A DNA stretch of 64,000 nt, taken from contig OZ024743.1 in the NCBI GenBank assembly GCA_964016885.1, positions 156,426,001 through 156,490,000 on the forward strand, written 5' to 3'. Position numbers and translations under genes: made by a program. Positions 12,790 to 23,461 of the stretch are shown here, piece after piece. The DNA comes from Eledone cirrhosa (Eukaryota). Position 1 is the first letter of the stretch. Each line of letters opens with the position of its first letter. The notes below the pieces were generated by a model. That model worked only from the letters and a program-made list of their open reading frames with translations. It was not told where the DNA came from and searched no databases.

Positions 12790-13509
12790 CTACATTTTAA
12801 ATTTAAATTTATATTTAAACGTTGAGTTTAATCTATGTTTGCAGCAACTGAATAAATTTGTCCGTAGATTAAGGGAATTTTTAGATTTTAGTATAAAGAA
12901 TATCTCCTCTGCGCAGAGGTCACATGTCTCAGAGGATGAATTAAAAGGAATCCCTCTTGAGACTATATTCCAAGCCATCGAATATCTAACGTTATCTAGC
13001 TTAAGTTGCCAGAGTACGCCTGATAGTGCCGTTGAAGATTTTTTTGCTTGGATCTGTGAAAGAATTCTTGTGGTTATTATAGCGAAGTTTAAATTCCGTC
13101 GATGTGGAACCGACGTAGTTAAAAGAATTAGAGTCAGTATTAACATTACAATTGTATACTATATTTTTAACTAAGCAGTTGTTATTTAACGGACATTTAG
13201 ATCTATCTCTACAGTTACATTTGTTAACTTGTATATTATTTATGCTATTATCACTAGGTTTTAAGTTCCTATTATTTATTCTATTAATATTTTGTGCTAA
13301 ATTTTTGGTGGATGAGTAGGTTAATTTTATTGTATGTCTATTGAAAATTGAGTGATACCTATGTGTTCTAGGGAAGCGATTATCAAGAGCTTTAAAAAAT
13401 AGTTTAGCGATGTGGGTTTTAATGTTTAGTGAGAAAGGGGGGGCAAACCAAATTATGTTCCTAGTTCTATTTCTTTTTTGGCCTTTGGAATTATTGTAAT
13501 GCTTTCTAT
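12790..13509 (-). pseudogene. Duplicated C-terminal (GIY-YIG) part of the PLE ORF within the 5' partial tandem copy
   Basis: ORF 12790-13146 is identical to 8905-9261 and has the same A7 frameshift. Confidence 0.85.
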
Positions 13510-15680
13510 AGGAAATATAAATAATATAAGTAATATTTACCCATGAGATGGGTAAATTTCCTACCTTTTATACATTTTATACAGAGAAAAGTGGCCCCAG
13601 AATGCTAACCCTGTAAACTGTATTTCGACCAATCAGTGTGTAGTTTCACTGAATTACTAAAGCTGATTGGTTTAAGCGTCACGACTGGTTGAGCATGCTA
13701 ACGACCAATTATCATATCCAAAGCATCAATTGTTTTGCTATTTTTAGAAATGATGAAAATAGCATTTTCTATTAATCATCATCATCAACATCACTTTTAT
13801 TGTTATTATTATTGTTGTTGTTGTTGTTGTTGTTGTTGTTAGTGGTCGTGGTGATAGTGGTAGCAGAAGTAATGCCCCTAAGCGTTATTATTGTTCGTTT
13901 AGCTTGGGTTTGAATTTATCAATAAAGTTATTTTCTTTGATTTTTTCTCTTGATTACACTTAGGCTGTGTAATATGTAGAATGGGAATATTATAAATATT
14001 CCCTGACCACATGTTGCCAGGTGGCCGCTTAGGGGTATCTGACGGACATTTGGGTCTCTGATTTGTTGACGGTGTACCCGTGCACGTTCCGATGGTGCAT
14101 TTCCAGTTTGACCGACATATAGTTCTTCACAATTCAGGCATTTAATGCAGTAAATTAGATTTCTGCTTTTGCAGTTCATATTTGGATTTTGGAATATTTT
14201 TCCAGTTTTTATTTTCATATATTGACAGGCGTGTATGGATTGACATGTGCCGCATCGATTATCATTGCATTTAGATACAGTGAATGATTGGTCTTTGTTG
14301 TTAAGGTCAAACTTTGCTTTTGTTAGTAATTGCTTCAAATTTTTTGGCTGTCTTTTACTAAGAGTCAAAGATCGATCTGTGATTAAGCCTTTTAATTCAT
14401 TACTTTGAGCAATGATCGGTAGGTTTGCTTTAGCAGTGTTGAAGATATTCTGGTGACATGGGTTGTGTGTCATTATAAATGGTATGACCAGTTCTTTGTT
14501 TCTTCTTCCTTGGGTTGTTCTAAGTATTTGTATAGGTATTTTTATAGCCCGCTGTATGCCATTTTCTATAAGTAGATATGGGTATTTTTGTTTGAGCAAA
14601 AATTCTCTTAGTTCTGTTAGGCGTTTGTACCTGGTATTCGTATCTTCTACAATGGTACAAATTCTTCTGGCTAGGCAGTATGGGATGTTGCGTTTTCTAT
14701 GAGGTGGATGGCACGACTTAAAATTCAGATATTGATGGGTGTCTGTGTGTTTATAATATATATCCGTGGTAATGGTGGTGTCGTTTTTGATTATCATTAT
14801 ATCTAGGAATGGTAATTTGGTCCTACTCATCTCTTTTGTGAATTGGAGAGATGGGTGTAGGTTATTCAGGAGGATATTAAACTCATCCAGAGTATCTAGA
14901 GATTCTGTCCAGATGTTGAAACAGTCGTCAAGGTATCTCTTCCAAGATTTTTCAATGTACTTTTTAAAGTCAGTACTATATTTTTCCTCTATTTCTTGGT
15001 AGAGTTGTTGTTCTAAGTATCCCATTACAGTGTTCGCGTAAACGGGAGCAAACTTCGTTCCCATCGCCGTGCCTCTAATTTGAATGTAATTCTTTCCATT
15101 GAAGAAGAAAGTGTTGTTTTCCAGAATAAGTTTAACTGCGTCTAATATAAATGGCGCTGTGAATCTAATGGGAATCACTTCTCTATGTTTTTCCACCCAG
15201 TATTTAACCGCCTTTATTCCTAAATCATGTGTAATGTTGGTGTAAAGGCTTACCGCATCAAAACTGAGTAGAAGTGAATTCGTTTCCGTGGTTTTGGGAA
15301 GATGGGACAGGAAGTCGATATCATCCCGGATGAAACTGGGTATGTGAATACATAGTGGTTTCAAAATATTGTCAACAAAATTGCTTAGACGGTGGGTGGG
15401 GCATGTTGGACCAGCTATAATAGGTCTAAGTTTTAAGTCTTTTGGGTGTAATAATTTAATGTACTCACTGTTTTGTTCTCTTACTGCCAGTTGTATTTCT
15501 TTTTACTTATGAACTTTCGGTATATAGGCCATACAGGATGCTGGGTTTCGGCTCAAAATTGGTGATGTAGTCTCTTTCCTTATCAGTAAAAGAGTTGTGG
15601 TATTTTGAAGCCAGGTTGTTGATCTTCTTCATGATGTTGTGGTCTAAATTTGACGGTATTTCATGACAGCATGTTGTGTC
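13510..15680 (-). mobile_element. 5'-truncated Neptune-like Penelope-like element
   Basis: ORF 13928-15364 is preceded by RPIIAGP.CPT..LS.FVD.ILKP and a frameshifted YGL/PKVHK segment. A 3' UTR extends towards 13510. Confidence 0.85.
13928..15364 (-). CDS. PLE RT plus GIY-YIG endonuclease (Neptune-like), N-terminally disrupted
   Basis: FDAVSLYTNI, GTAMGTKFAP.YA, WKRYLDD, LPFLD, SCHP, linker CNDNRCGTC, LIYCI.C..C...YVGQTG, R..H and H...C. Confidence 0.85.
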   Translation of the reverse strand: MKPLCIHIPSFIRDDIDFLSHLPKTTETNSLLLSFDAVSLYTNITHDLGIKAVKYWVEKHREVIPIRFTAPFILDAVKLILENNTFFFNGKNYIQIRGTAMGTKFAPVYANTVMGYLEQQLYQEIEEKYSTDFKKYIEKSWKRYLDDCFNIWTESLDTLDEFNILLNNLHPSLQFTKEMSRTKLPFLDIMIIKNDTTITTDIYYKHTDTHQYLNFKSCHPPHRKRNIPYCLARRICTIVEDTNTRYKRLTELREFLLKQKYPYLLIENGIQRAIKIPIQILRTTQGRRNKELVIPFIMTHNPCHQNIFNTAKANLPIIAQSNELKGLITDRSLTLSKRQPKNLKQLLTKAKFDLNNKDQSFTVSKCNDNRCGTCQSIHACQYMKIKTGKIFQNPNMNCKSRNLIYCIKCLNCEELYVGQTGNAPSERARVHRQQIRDPNVRQIPLSGHLATCGQGIFIIFPFYILHSLSVIKRKNQRK

Positions 15681-15681
15681 T

Positions 15682-15942
15682 TAGGAGAGTGTATGACCCC
15701 GGCAGCGAAGCTCAAGCCGCCTCGACGGCTATTTCTGGACTGACTCCCGAAATAGCCGCCGGGGCGGCTTGAGCACTGCCGTAAGGAACCATATGGACCA
15801 TATCGCACCAGATAACTCAATATTTAGGGGAGTAAAGTGAGTAATAGGAGAGAGTATGACCCCGACGACAGAGCTGAACCCTAAGTATTGAGTTATCTGG
15901 TGCGTTATGGTCCATGTGGTTCCTTGCCACAACTCCTCCGTT
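15682..15942. repeat. Double fold-back of a PLE terminal-repeat family (also at 23105-23293)
   Basis: Hairpin 1 at ~15701-15780 (ggcag..gctcaagccgcc..cggctatttc / gaaatagccg..ggcggcttgagc..ctgcc). Hairpin 2 at ~15783-15925 (aaggaacca..ggacca..gcaccagataactcaata..taggg and its reverse complement). It ends at (TA)n. Confidence 0.8.
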
Positions 15943-16198
15943 ATATATATATATATATATATATATCCCCTTTGTTAATATATCACCCTCTAACGATCTT
16001 TTTCTGACCAATCTAATTGTGTTATTTAAAAAATCAACATTTCAAGCGGTTATCCTAACGGTCCTTATTATTTGTTTATTCTCTATCTCAATTAATTTAC
16101 ACCCTAAGAAATTTGAGATTTTAAATCACATGACCATTTTAAGTTGACCGCATCTGGTCTATGTTATGCGTATGTCACTATCTTATACATCAAATATT

Positions 16199-16260
16199 GT
16201 ATTTTATCTGATGAAAGCTTACTATATATTAGTATCCTCGAAATATATATAATGGAATAC
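16199..16260 (+). ncRNA. Minimal type I hammerhead ribozyme in a diverged solo pLTR (~15965-16300)
   Basis: gtattttat-CTGATGA-aagcttactatatattagtatcctc-GAAA-tatata-TA-atggaatac. Stem I has 9 bp including G-U pairs. Confidence 0.75.
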
Positions 16261-16841
16261 ATTATGATGCTATATTTTCCATGTATTACTATTATATATA
16301 TAAATATATGTGTGTGTGTATATGTGTGTGTGTGTATATATGTGTGTGTGTGTGTGTGATTGTGCGTGTGTGTATGAATGTCTACCTTTAATTGATAGTT
16401 ATACAAGCTACTATGCAAATTCTTTTCATATTTTGAAAAGTAATTTGTTATATATTTGGTTTGACTTAGTTGTGTTTGTAACATGTTTGTTCATATGACA
16501 TCAATATCAGTATCTTCTAGATTTTATATCTTATAGTAATCTACGCTGAGAACAAACGAATGATTTTATAAACAATTTGTTTAATATTCTCTATTTGTTT
16601 AAAATATGTTATAGAAATCATACGAATAAGTTGTTAGCATAATTTGGTAAATGGTCCAAAAGATTTTCGTCGCATAATGTCTTTAAAATTAGATGTCCTT
16701 CTCTAGCTGGCCATCAGATTTTGTAAATTGTATATACATTTAAGATAAAATTATCTTTCAAAAAATCAATTGTATATGGCTTTATACGACTACATGTATC
16801 TTCACAATCTGACATTCACAAATACAAGCACACACATACGC

Positions 16842-16874
<33 letters not shown>

Positions 16875-16888
16875 TGTATGTATGTATG

Positions 16889-17471
16889 TTGGTGCTACTG
16901 GTAACATGTATCCCAGTACAACCTGTCTCATGGTCGGGACGTTGGCGACTAAACTGGCAACCCCGCCAAGGTTTCTTGGTGAGGAGGGTGACTTTGGACA
17001 TCCTGCAGGACTAAAAACAAAATCTGTCAAAGGGAAAAGGAGCTCTTAAGAGTCAATGGCCATAAAAAATGATGACCCCTTAGCCTTTGTCAAGGCAGAA
17101 TTCTAGGAGAAGGAAAACTCTGATATAACACCTGCAACTCTGATGGTATCCAATGATGTTGACTTGTTCTTCTTTTTGGTAAATATCATCTTGGTTAAGA
17201 GAGTGGGACTGGCTTTGTGCAGTGCCTTTTCTCACTATAAAAGCTTCACGGCACTGGCATTGCTTTATATCTGGAGATGTCTCTGCACTTGTCCTCACAT
17301 GGTACCATGGGCCCAGCACTATGTGTCAATAATTGTCAAAAGTGTAGTGTTTGTACCAGAGTTTTCAATACGCTGGCTGGACTAAAAGTCACACTCGTTC
17401 AGCGCATCGGTAGGCGTTCTCCTACATGGATATAAAGTAGTGGCCGTACTCGAAAACGAGTTGTCAGCCAC
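16889..17471 (+). mobile_element. ~580-bp non-coding retroposon (SINE-like, RTE 5'UTR-like head) in (TATG)n
   Basis: A highly similar inverted copy lies at 31581-32188, and both are embedded in (TATG)n. The motifs taaactggcaacccc and ggagaaggaaaactctg resemble RTE 5'UTRs. Confidence 0.65.
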
Positions 17472-17719
17472 TATGTATGTATGTATGTTTTTTCTGGTTT
17501 TATAATTTCACAAATTTCAGCCAACAGAGAGGAGCCGGTTTCTAAGGCTATCTCATTGGAATTTACTCAACATCAACTCGTAAATATGTCTGCATATCTG
17601 CATGTCTACATGCATGCATGTGTGTGGAGGTATGGATCTTATTGAAAGTGTGGGTGTGTATGTTTTGAGTTGTATGTGTGCATGTGCATATCATTTGTAT
17701 CTGTATAAGTGTATATGTA

Positions 17720-19025
17720 GTTATTAGATTCAGAATTTTTGGAAAGTTTTACATATTTTTTACTGTTCCATTAATGACTTGTACTTGTCATTTCCTAATT
17801 AGTTGTGTTCTTTCTGTTTCTCTGAAGCCTAGCTTCTCACTATTTTTACTCGGGCAGTTACTAACGTAATCCAGTACCCCAATAATCACAGGCATAAATC
17901 TGAATGTATAGTTAGGTTGGAGTATCTGTATATTTCTTATTAGTTGTGCATAGCTATTCTCCTTTTCGCTAATATTTGATATTATATTGGCATCTGCTTG
18001 GCAGCTAACTTCCACTACTGTGCATGCCTTCTTTTCCCTCTCCCATATCATTATATCTGGTCTGTTATGTCTGCATTTTATCGTGTTTTTTTTACGGGAA
18101 TATTCCACCAGTATGCTTTCATATTATGTATGTCTTCCACATTGCTGTAGCTTTTAATGGGTCTATTGTAGGGGCTATATAGAAAACTATGGATTGCATT
18201 GTACAGTGTTTTGGCCACTATATCAAGCCTCATATGTAGAGAGTACCCTGATGAGATCTTTAGACAGCAGCTTATGACATGAGTAACATCTTCGTTGATA
18301 ATTCTGCAGAGTTTGCAATTTCTGTCACATATAGGTGTTTTGCCTGCATCCCTATCTATTTTGTGAATCAGGTATTTTGTGTTGATTTCCTGTTCTTGAA
18401 TTACAAAAGCATATCCTTCAAAGTGGGAGCACATATAGCGGTTGTTGTTCCAATATAGACTAGTTAGCTAATCTATATTTCTCTCAATCTGGAACTTCTT
18501 TGCAACATATCGATGCATGATTTTTTGCTGATAAGCATGCAGTCTTTCATCCTTGGATTCACTGCGGTACTGCTGGGCAATATCTCTGGGTGTGAGTTTT
18601 GATTATCATGCAAAAAATATATTTCAAGGAGTTACGTCCCAACTCTCATGATCTTATCAGACCCAGGCAGATACACGTGCTCAATAGATGGGCTCCTATA
18701 CTTCGAGGTATGTAAATGTTGTTGGAGGGTTATGATGCGACACTCAATTTCTCTCTGGACTGATGTTATGCTTCTGCCTCCCTGTTTACGTTTCAATTTG
18801 GGACGCTCTATGTCACTGTTGATGTGGAAGTTTCCGGTGTTGTTTAGAATGTTTCGAGTCTTAACATCAATGGCTCGGATTTCGTCTATCGTCCAATCGA
18901 GTATTCTAAACGTTGGTGTTAGGACAGGCAGAGCAAACACATTGAGAGTTTCTGTTTTATTGTACGCAGAGAGTTCCGATGACCATATTTTTCTTAATTG
19001 TGTATAATATTCCCTGGTTATGCGT
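17720..19025 (-). mobile_element. Decayed 3' half of an R4/Dong-like RLE LINE
   Basis: ORFs with LSAYNK..N.FALPVLT.TF..LDW, R..GGR, QEQEI.T, C.LC....E...HVISCC, HNRPDI.IW..K.C.VVEVS..KE..Y and PVIIG. Confidence 0.85.
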
Positions 19026-19046
19026 TGTATGTATGTATGTATATAA

Positions 19047-19960
19047 TCGTGATAATGAAATTCCACTCAGGAGTAGGAAAGCAAGTGATGCTTTCGGAAA
19101 GCTAGAAAGGCGCCTCTGGGGTCCACGAGACATATGGAAGAAGACAACGGTAGATGTGTACAAGGCATGTGTGCTGTCTTCTCTTCTTTATGCCAGCGAG
19201 ACATGTGTCAGATATCGATAACACCTTAAATAATTGGAATGTTACCATCAGATATGTCGCAGACTGACCCATAGCGTTCACTGGAGGGATCACATCAGTG
19301 ATGTCGATATTTTGGAAAGCACTGTATCTGAAAGTACAGAAGCTCTGGTCCTTAAGCAAAGACTTCGATGGAGTGGACACCTTGCCCGGATGAAGGATTC
19401 TAGAATTCCAAAACATGTCTTTTAGTTGTAGGAAAACGACCTCCAAGAAATTCAAAAAAAGCTGTATAAGGCTTCGTTGAAAGACATCTTGAAAGACATC
19501 TCTGCTGATACATGGGAAAGCGTAGCTGCTGATCGTAATAAATGGATAAATACTACATAAGGGGATGCATTTGACGCATCTCCAATCGCATACGCGAAAG
19601 TAAAAAGAGCTGTGAGGAAAGGCATTGCAGTTGCATTTCCACACAGTGAAGGTCCTTCTTGGGCTCTGAGATGCAGCATATGTGCAAGACTGCCTCAGCA
19701 AAACTGGAGTCGAAATTCATCTTCGCAGTCATAAAGTGAGACCAGTGGTTGATTACCAGGATGCTGATGGAGATGCTATTCATCATGCCAGCAAGCATGT
19801 GGAAGAGAGTGTTGATCCGCAAAAGGCCTCAAATGAATTGCAAAAGTACATGAAATCCAACCACAGCCAGCTACTGCCATTGGATGTTTTGTTTGCCAAC
19901 TCTGTGCAAGACATTTTATATCATTGGCTGCGATATGTATAGCCATATACGACACACCTA
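19047..19960 (+). mobile_element. Decayed RTE (BovB-like) LINE 3' part
   Basis: DNEI..R..KAS.AFGKL..RLW, VYKACVLSSLLYASET, W.DHIS...IL and RLRWSGHLARM.DSRIPK, followed by a decayed zinc-finger-like tail. Confidence 0.85.
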
Positions 19961-19987
19961 TGTATATGTATCTATATATATATGTGT

Positions 19988-20018
<31 letters not shown>

Positions 20019-21520
20019 CGTGCGTGTGAGTGTGGGTGTCTGGGTGTATTTACTAGCGACATCCCGGCCTTCGCCCCAGTCTGTACTGTTCTAAAATCTG
20101 TTCATAAGCCACCCATTATCATCTGTCGTAATATCTCTTTTCCTTAGAATAGATGTTAAAAGTATTTAAATATTGCATAACATAATTTTAAATATTTATT
20201 TAGAATACTTAAGTAATGAATACAAAGGAATTAGAAAAGAATAGAAAAGTTTATTTTTCGAAAATTCAAAAACATTTACATAACTTCAGCGTATGCAATG
20301 ATTTTTGCTTCCATAGATCTATAGGTCTGGCTACGTCCAGGAATCATTTGTGAGAGATGTTAATGGCATTCACTGTGATATTATTGGGGGAAGCAAGGAT
20401 GCTTCACACAATCACTCCTTATTGGAATTGTGGTTTTGAAAATTGGGAAGCACCTCATTAATTAGGCTAACCACATGTTACACAACTAAAAATTGACTAA
20501 GGAATAAAACACCCTTCACTATAAAGGGATTGCTTTTCTATAAATTCAACGGCTGAGAGGTTCTTATCTATGATTCAACGGGAGCCCCTCTTTTTCCGCC
20601 TCTATCATTCGCACAAAAGAAATCTCCAAAGCTGGGAAATCCGAGATCCACTTTGCGCCGCATTCCATTTCCGGAAAAGACGTCAATGTATAATAAGTAA
20701 AGAAAATAACAACAAAATGCATTCTACGAAAATTATAAAACATTTAGAGAACATGAGTATAAATATTGTTTCAACTCTGGAGCTTATATAAGAGATTGTA
20801 GGGATTTCCTAGCCTGGAATAATCTACATATAATTTCCCATGTGAGAAATATCCCTTTTCTAGACAAACTGCAGGGACTTGTTAACGAACATTGCGTACT
20901 GACTCTCCCTGAGAAATAGAAACTGAGAGTCTGTTTAACAGAGATTAAAACAATCACTGCAGAGACACTGATCATTGTACCTCTCCAGCGACATTTGCAG
21001 ATGGGTTGTCAAAGAAGATCTAAAAGGAGTACCGCTACTGAATACTGGCTGAAAATAACTTGGGTAAACGTTTGATCAAAATGGAGACTAATTTAAAGAC
21101 CCTAGTCAAAAAAAAAAAAAAAAGGCGTATGTCAACAAACACATGACCATGATTCATTTAAAGGAAAACATCACGAAAAAGATCTGGTGTATCGTTAAGT
21201 CATCTTCTAAAAGTGTTATGCTAAACGTCATCGTGCGATTTAGAAAATTTAGAGAACCGTTGTAGTTTTTGTATACAGATATTAACACATCAAAGATAGG
21301 CATTTGTGCCTGGTATCACATTTTAACAATATGACAAATTTAAACTAAAACAAAAAAATGGATTTAAATGGGGATGATTTGTCCAGAGTTACAGAACATG
21401 CGCTGTAACTCTGGACGGAAACCTAAAAGGATTGTGAATTATGGAATTGTGTTTAATAGACGTGATCAATTTTTTTGGCAAATAATGAATAATGCAAAAA
21501 TAAAATGTGGGCATTCGTTT

Positions 21521-21585
<65 letters not shown>

Positions 21586-21785
21586 TAAAAGAGAAAACAC
21601 AGGTAAGCAATAAGAGAATGATTTTATCCAGGTAATTACGACCGTTTCATTGGTATATATATGTGTGTAGCCTGTTCAATGTTTTTATCTGATTGACTTG
21701 TATCGGTATTTAATTAAACTCTGTTGACAACGACGGTGTATAGTCACGTATGGCTAATTGTTAAATAAATATGATTTGCTATAAT

Positions 21786-21787
<2 letters not shown>

Positions 21788-21856
<69 letters not shown>

Positions 21857-21990
21857 TTTCTTTATTAACCACAAGGGTTTACATAAAGTAGACATTAAGG
21901 ACAGTGCAGGACAATGCAGGACGGTACAAATGGGCATTTCTGCGTGTAAAAAACAAAAACAGAGGATGTAACAAAAAATAACAATGAAAA
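21788..21990 (-). mobile_element. LINE 3' tail (L1/Tx1-like?) with a (TAA)n tail
   Basis: gatttctttattaaccacaaggg is the reverse complement of a motif similar to 47733-47757 (tagcccttgtggccgataaagga), next to (TAA)n. Confidence 0.45.
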
Positions 21991-22234
21991 TAACAATGAT
22001 AATAATAATAATAATAATAATAAATAGAAGAAGAAGAAGGGAAGAAGACGCACGAGGTGGTAGAACGTCACGAAATTGACGTCTAAAATGTTGAGATTAT
22101 TTTCGTACTGTTATAATTGTATATTTCATAATCGTATTAAATTATTCTCTTTTGTTTTTCGTTGCTAACATTTTTCATAAACATACACATAAAAGCGTAA
22201 TCTCGCACACATGCATACACACTCACACACACCT

Positions 22235-22298
<64 letters not shown>

Positions 22299-22425
22299 AA
22301 AGTTATATTTAAATTGTTGGGTTACAACTAGTAAATATTTATAACTGATATAAAAGCACTCAACAGGTATTTGGAGTATATTTACGATATTAAATAAATG
22401 GAAACTATATTTATAAAACCATATC

Positions 22426-22491
22426 TATTTCATTATATATATTTCAGGGATATCATATTAACAATATGTTATGCCTTCCTCAGACAAAATA
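22426..22491 (-). ncRNA. Minimal type I hammerhead ribozyme
   Basis: tattttgt-CTGAGGA-aggcataacatattgttaatatgatatccct-GAAA-tatata-TA-atgaaata. Confidence 0.8.
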
Positions 22492-22635
22492 CAATATAGA
22501 CAGTTTATAGATAAATAGATTTGACATACCGTTCAACATCGACTTGTATTTGAAAAAGCCAAATCAAGTTTTTCAAATACAAGTCGATGTTGAACGGTAT
22601 GTCAAATCTATTTATCTATAAAACTGTCTATATTG

Positions 22636-22701
22636 TATTTTGTCTGAGGAAGGCATAACATATTATTAATATGATATCCCTGAAATATATATAATGAAAT
22701 A
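22636..22701 (+). ncRNA. Minimal type I hammerhead ribozyme (mirror copy)
   Basis: tattttgt-CTGAGGA-aggcataacatattattaatatgatatccct-GAAA-tatata-TA-atgaaata. Confidence 0.8.
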
Positions 22702-22741
22702 GATATGGTTTTATAAATATAGTTTGCATTTATTTAATATC

Positions 22742-22878
<137 letters not shown>

Positions 22879-23036
22879 TATATAAATGTATACGTAATAA
22901 GTGTCTCTCTCTCATTGTGAATAAGAATGAGAGAAAGAGAGAGGTGGCGAGGAGCAAGAGAGAGAGAGAAAAAGTGAAAGAGAGAGAGAGACAGAGATAG
23001 ATAGATAAATAGATAGATAGATAGATAGAGAGATAG

Positions 23037-23104
<68 letters not shown>

Positions 23105-23106
<2 letters not shown>

Positions 23107-23293
23107 CGAAGGAAATGTGGTAAGGAACCAGGTGGACCATAACGCACCAAAGTACTCAATACTTAGGGTAGTAGAGTGGGTAATATGAACAAGTAAGACC
23201 CCGACGGCCGAGCTCAATCCGTTTCGACGGCTAATCAGTCCAGAATTAGCCATCGAAACGGCTTGAGCTCGGCCGTCGGGGTCTTACTTGTTC
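23105..23293. mobile_element. Fold-back PLE terminal repeat with a 3' half-hammerhead, in (TA)n
   Basis: Hairpin at ~23187-23293. It contains GAAA-cggc-ttgagctcg-gccg-TC-ggggtc but no CTGANGA. It is homologous to 15682-15942. Confidence 0.75.
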
Positions 23294-23321
23294 TTATATA
23301 TATATATATATATAAATAGAG

Positions 23322-23461
<140 letters not shown>

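Larger units (their letters stand above)
7264..13509 (-). mobile_element. Near-intact Penelope-like retroelement (Naiad-like) in partial tandem arrangement
   Basis: 7264-9624 is directly repeated at 11167-13509 (period ~3.9 kb, very few differences). The RT and GIY-YIG ORF lies between, each terminal repeat has an HHR, and the 3' end abuts (TA)n. The Naiad assignment is from recalled N-terminal (SLK.IP, RR.RW.A) and endonuclease motifs. Confidence 0.9.

Noticed and set aside
21630-21655. Minus-strand GAAAcggTC, a possible half-hammerhead next to (TA)n
   Set aside because: No CTGANGA or stem partner is visible, and it is too short to call.
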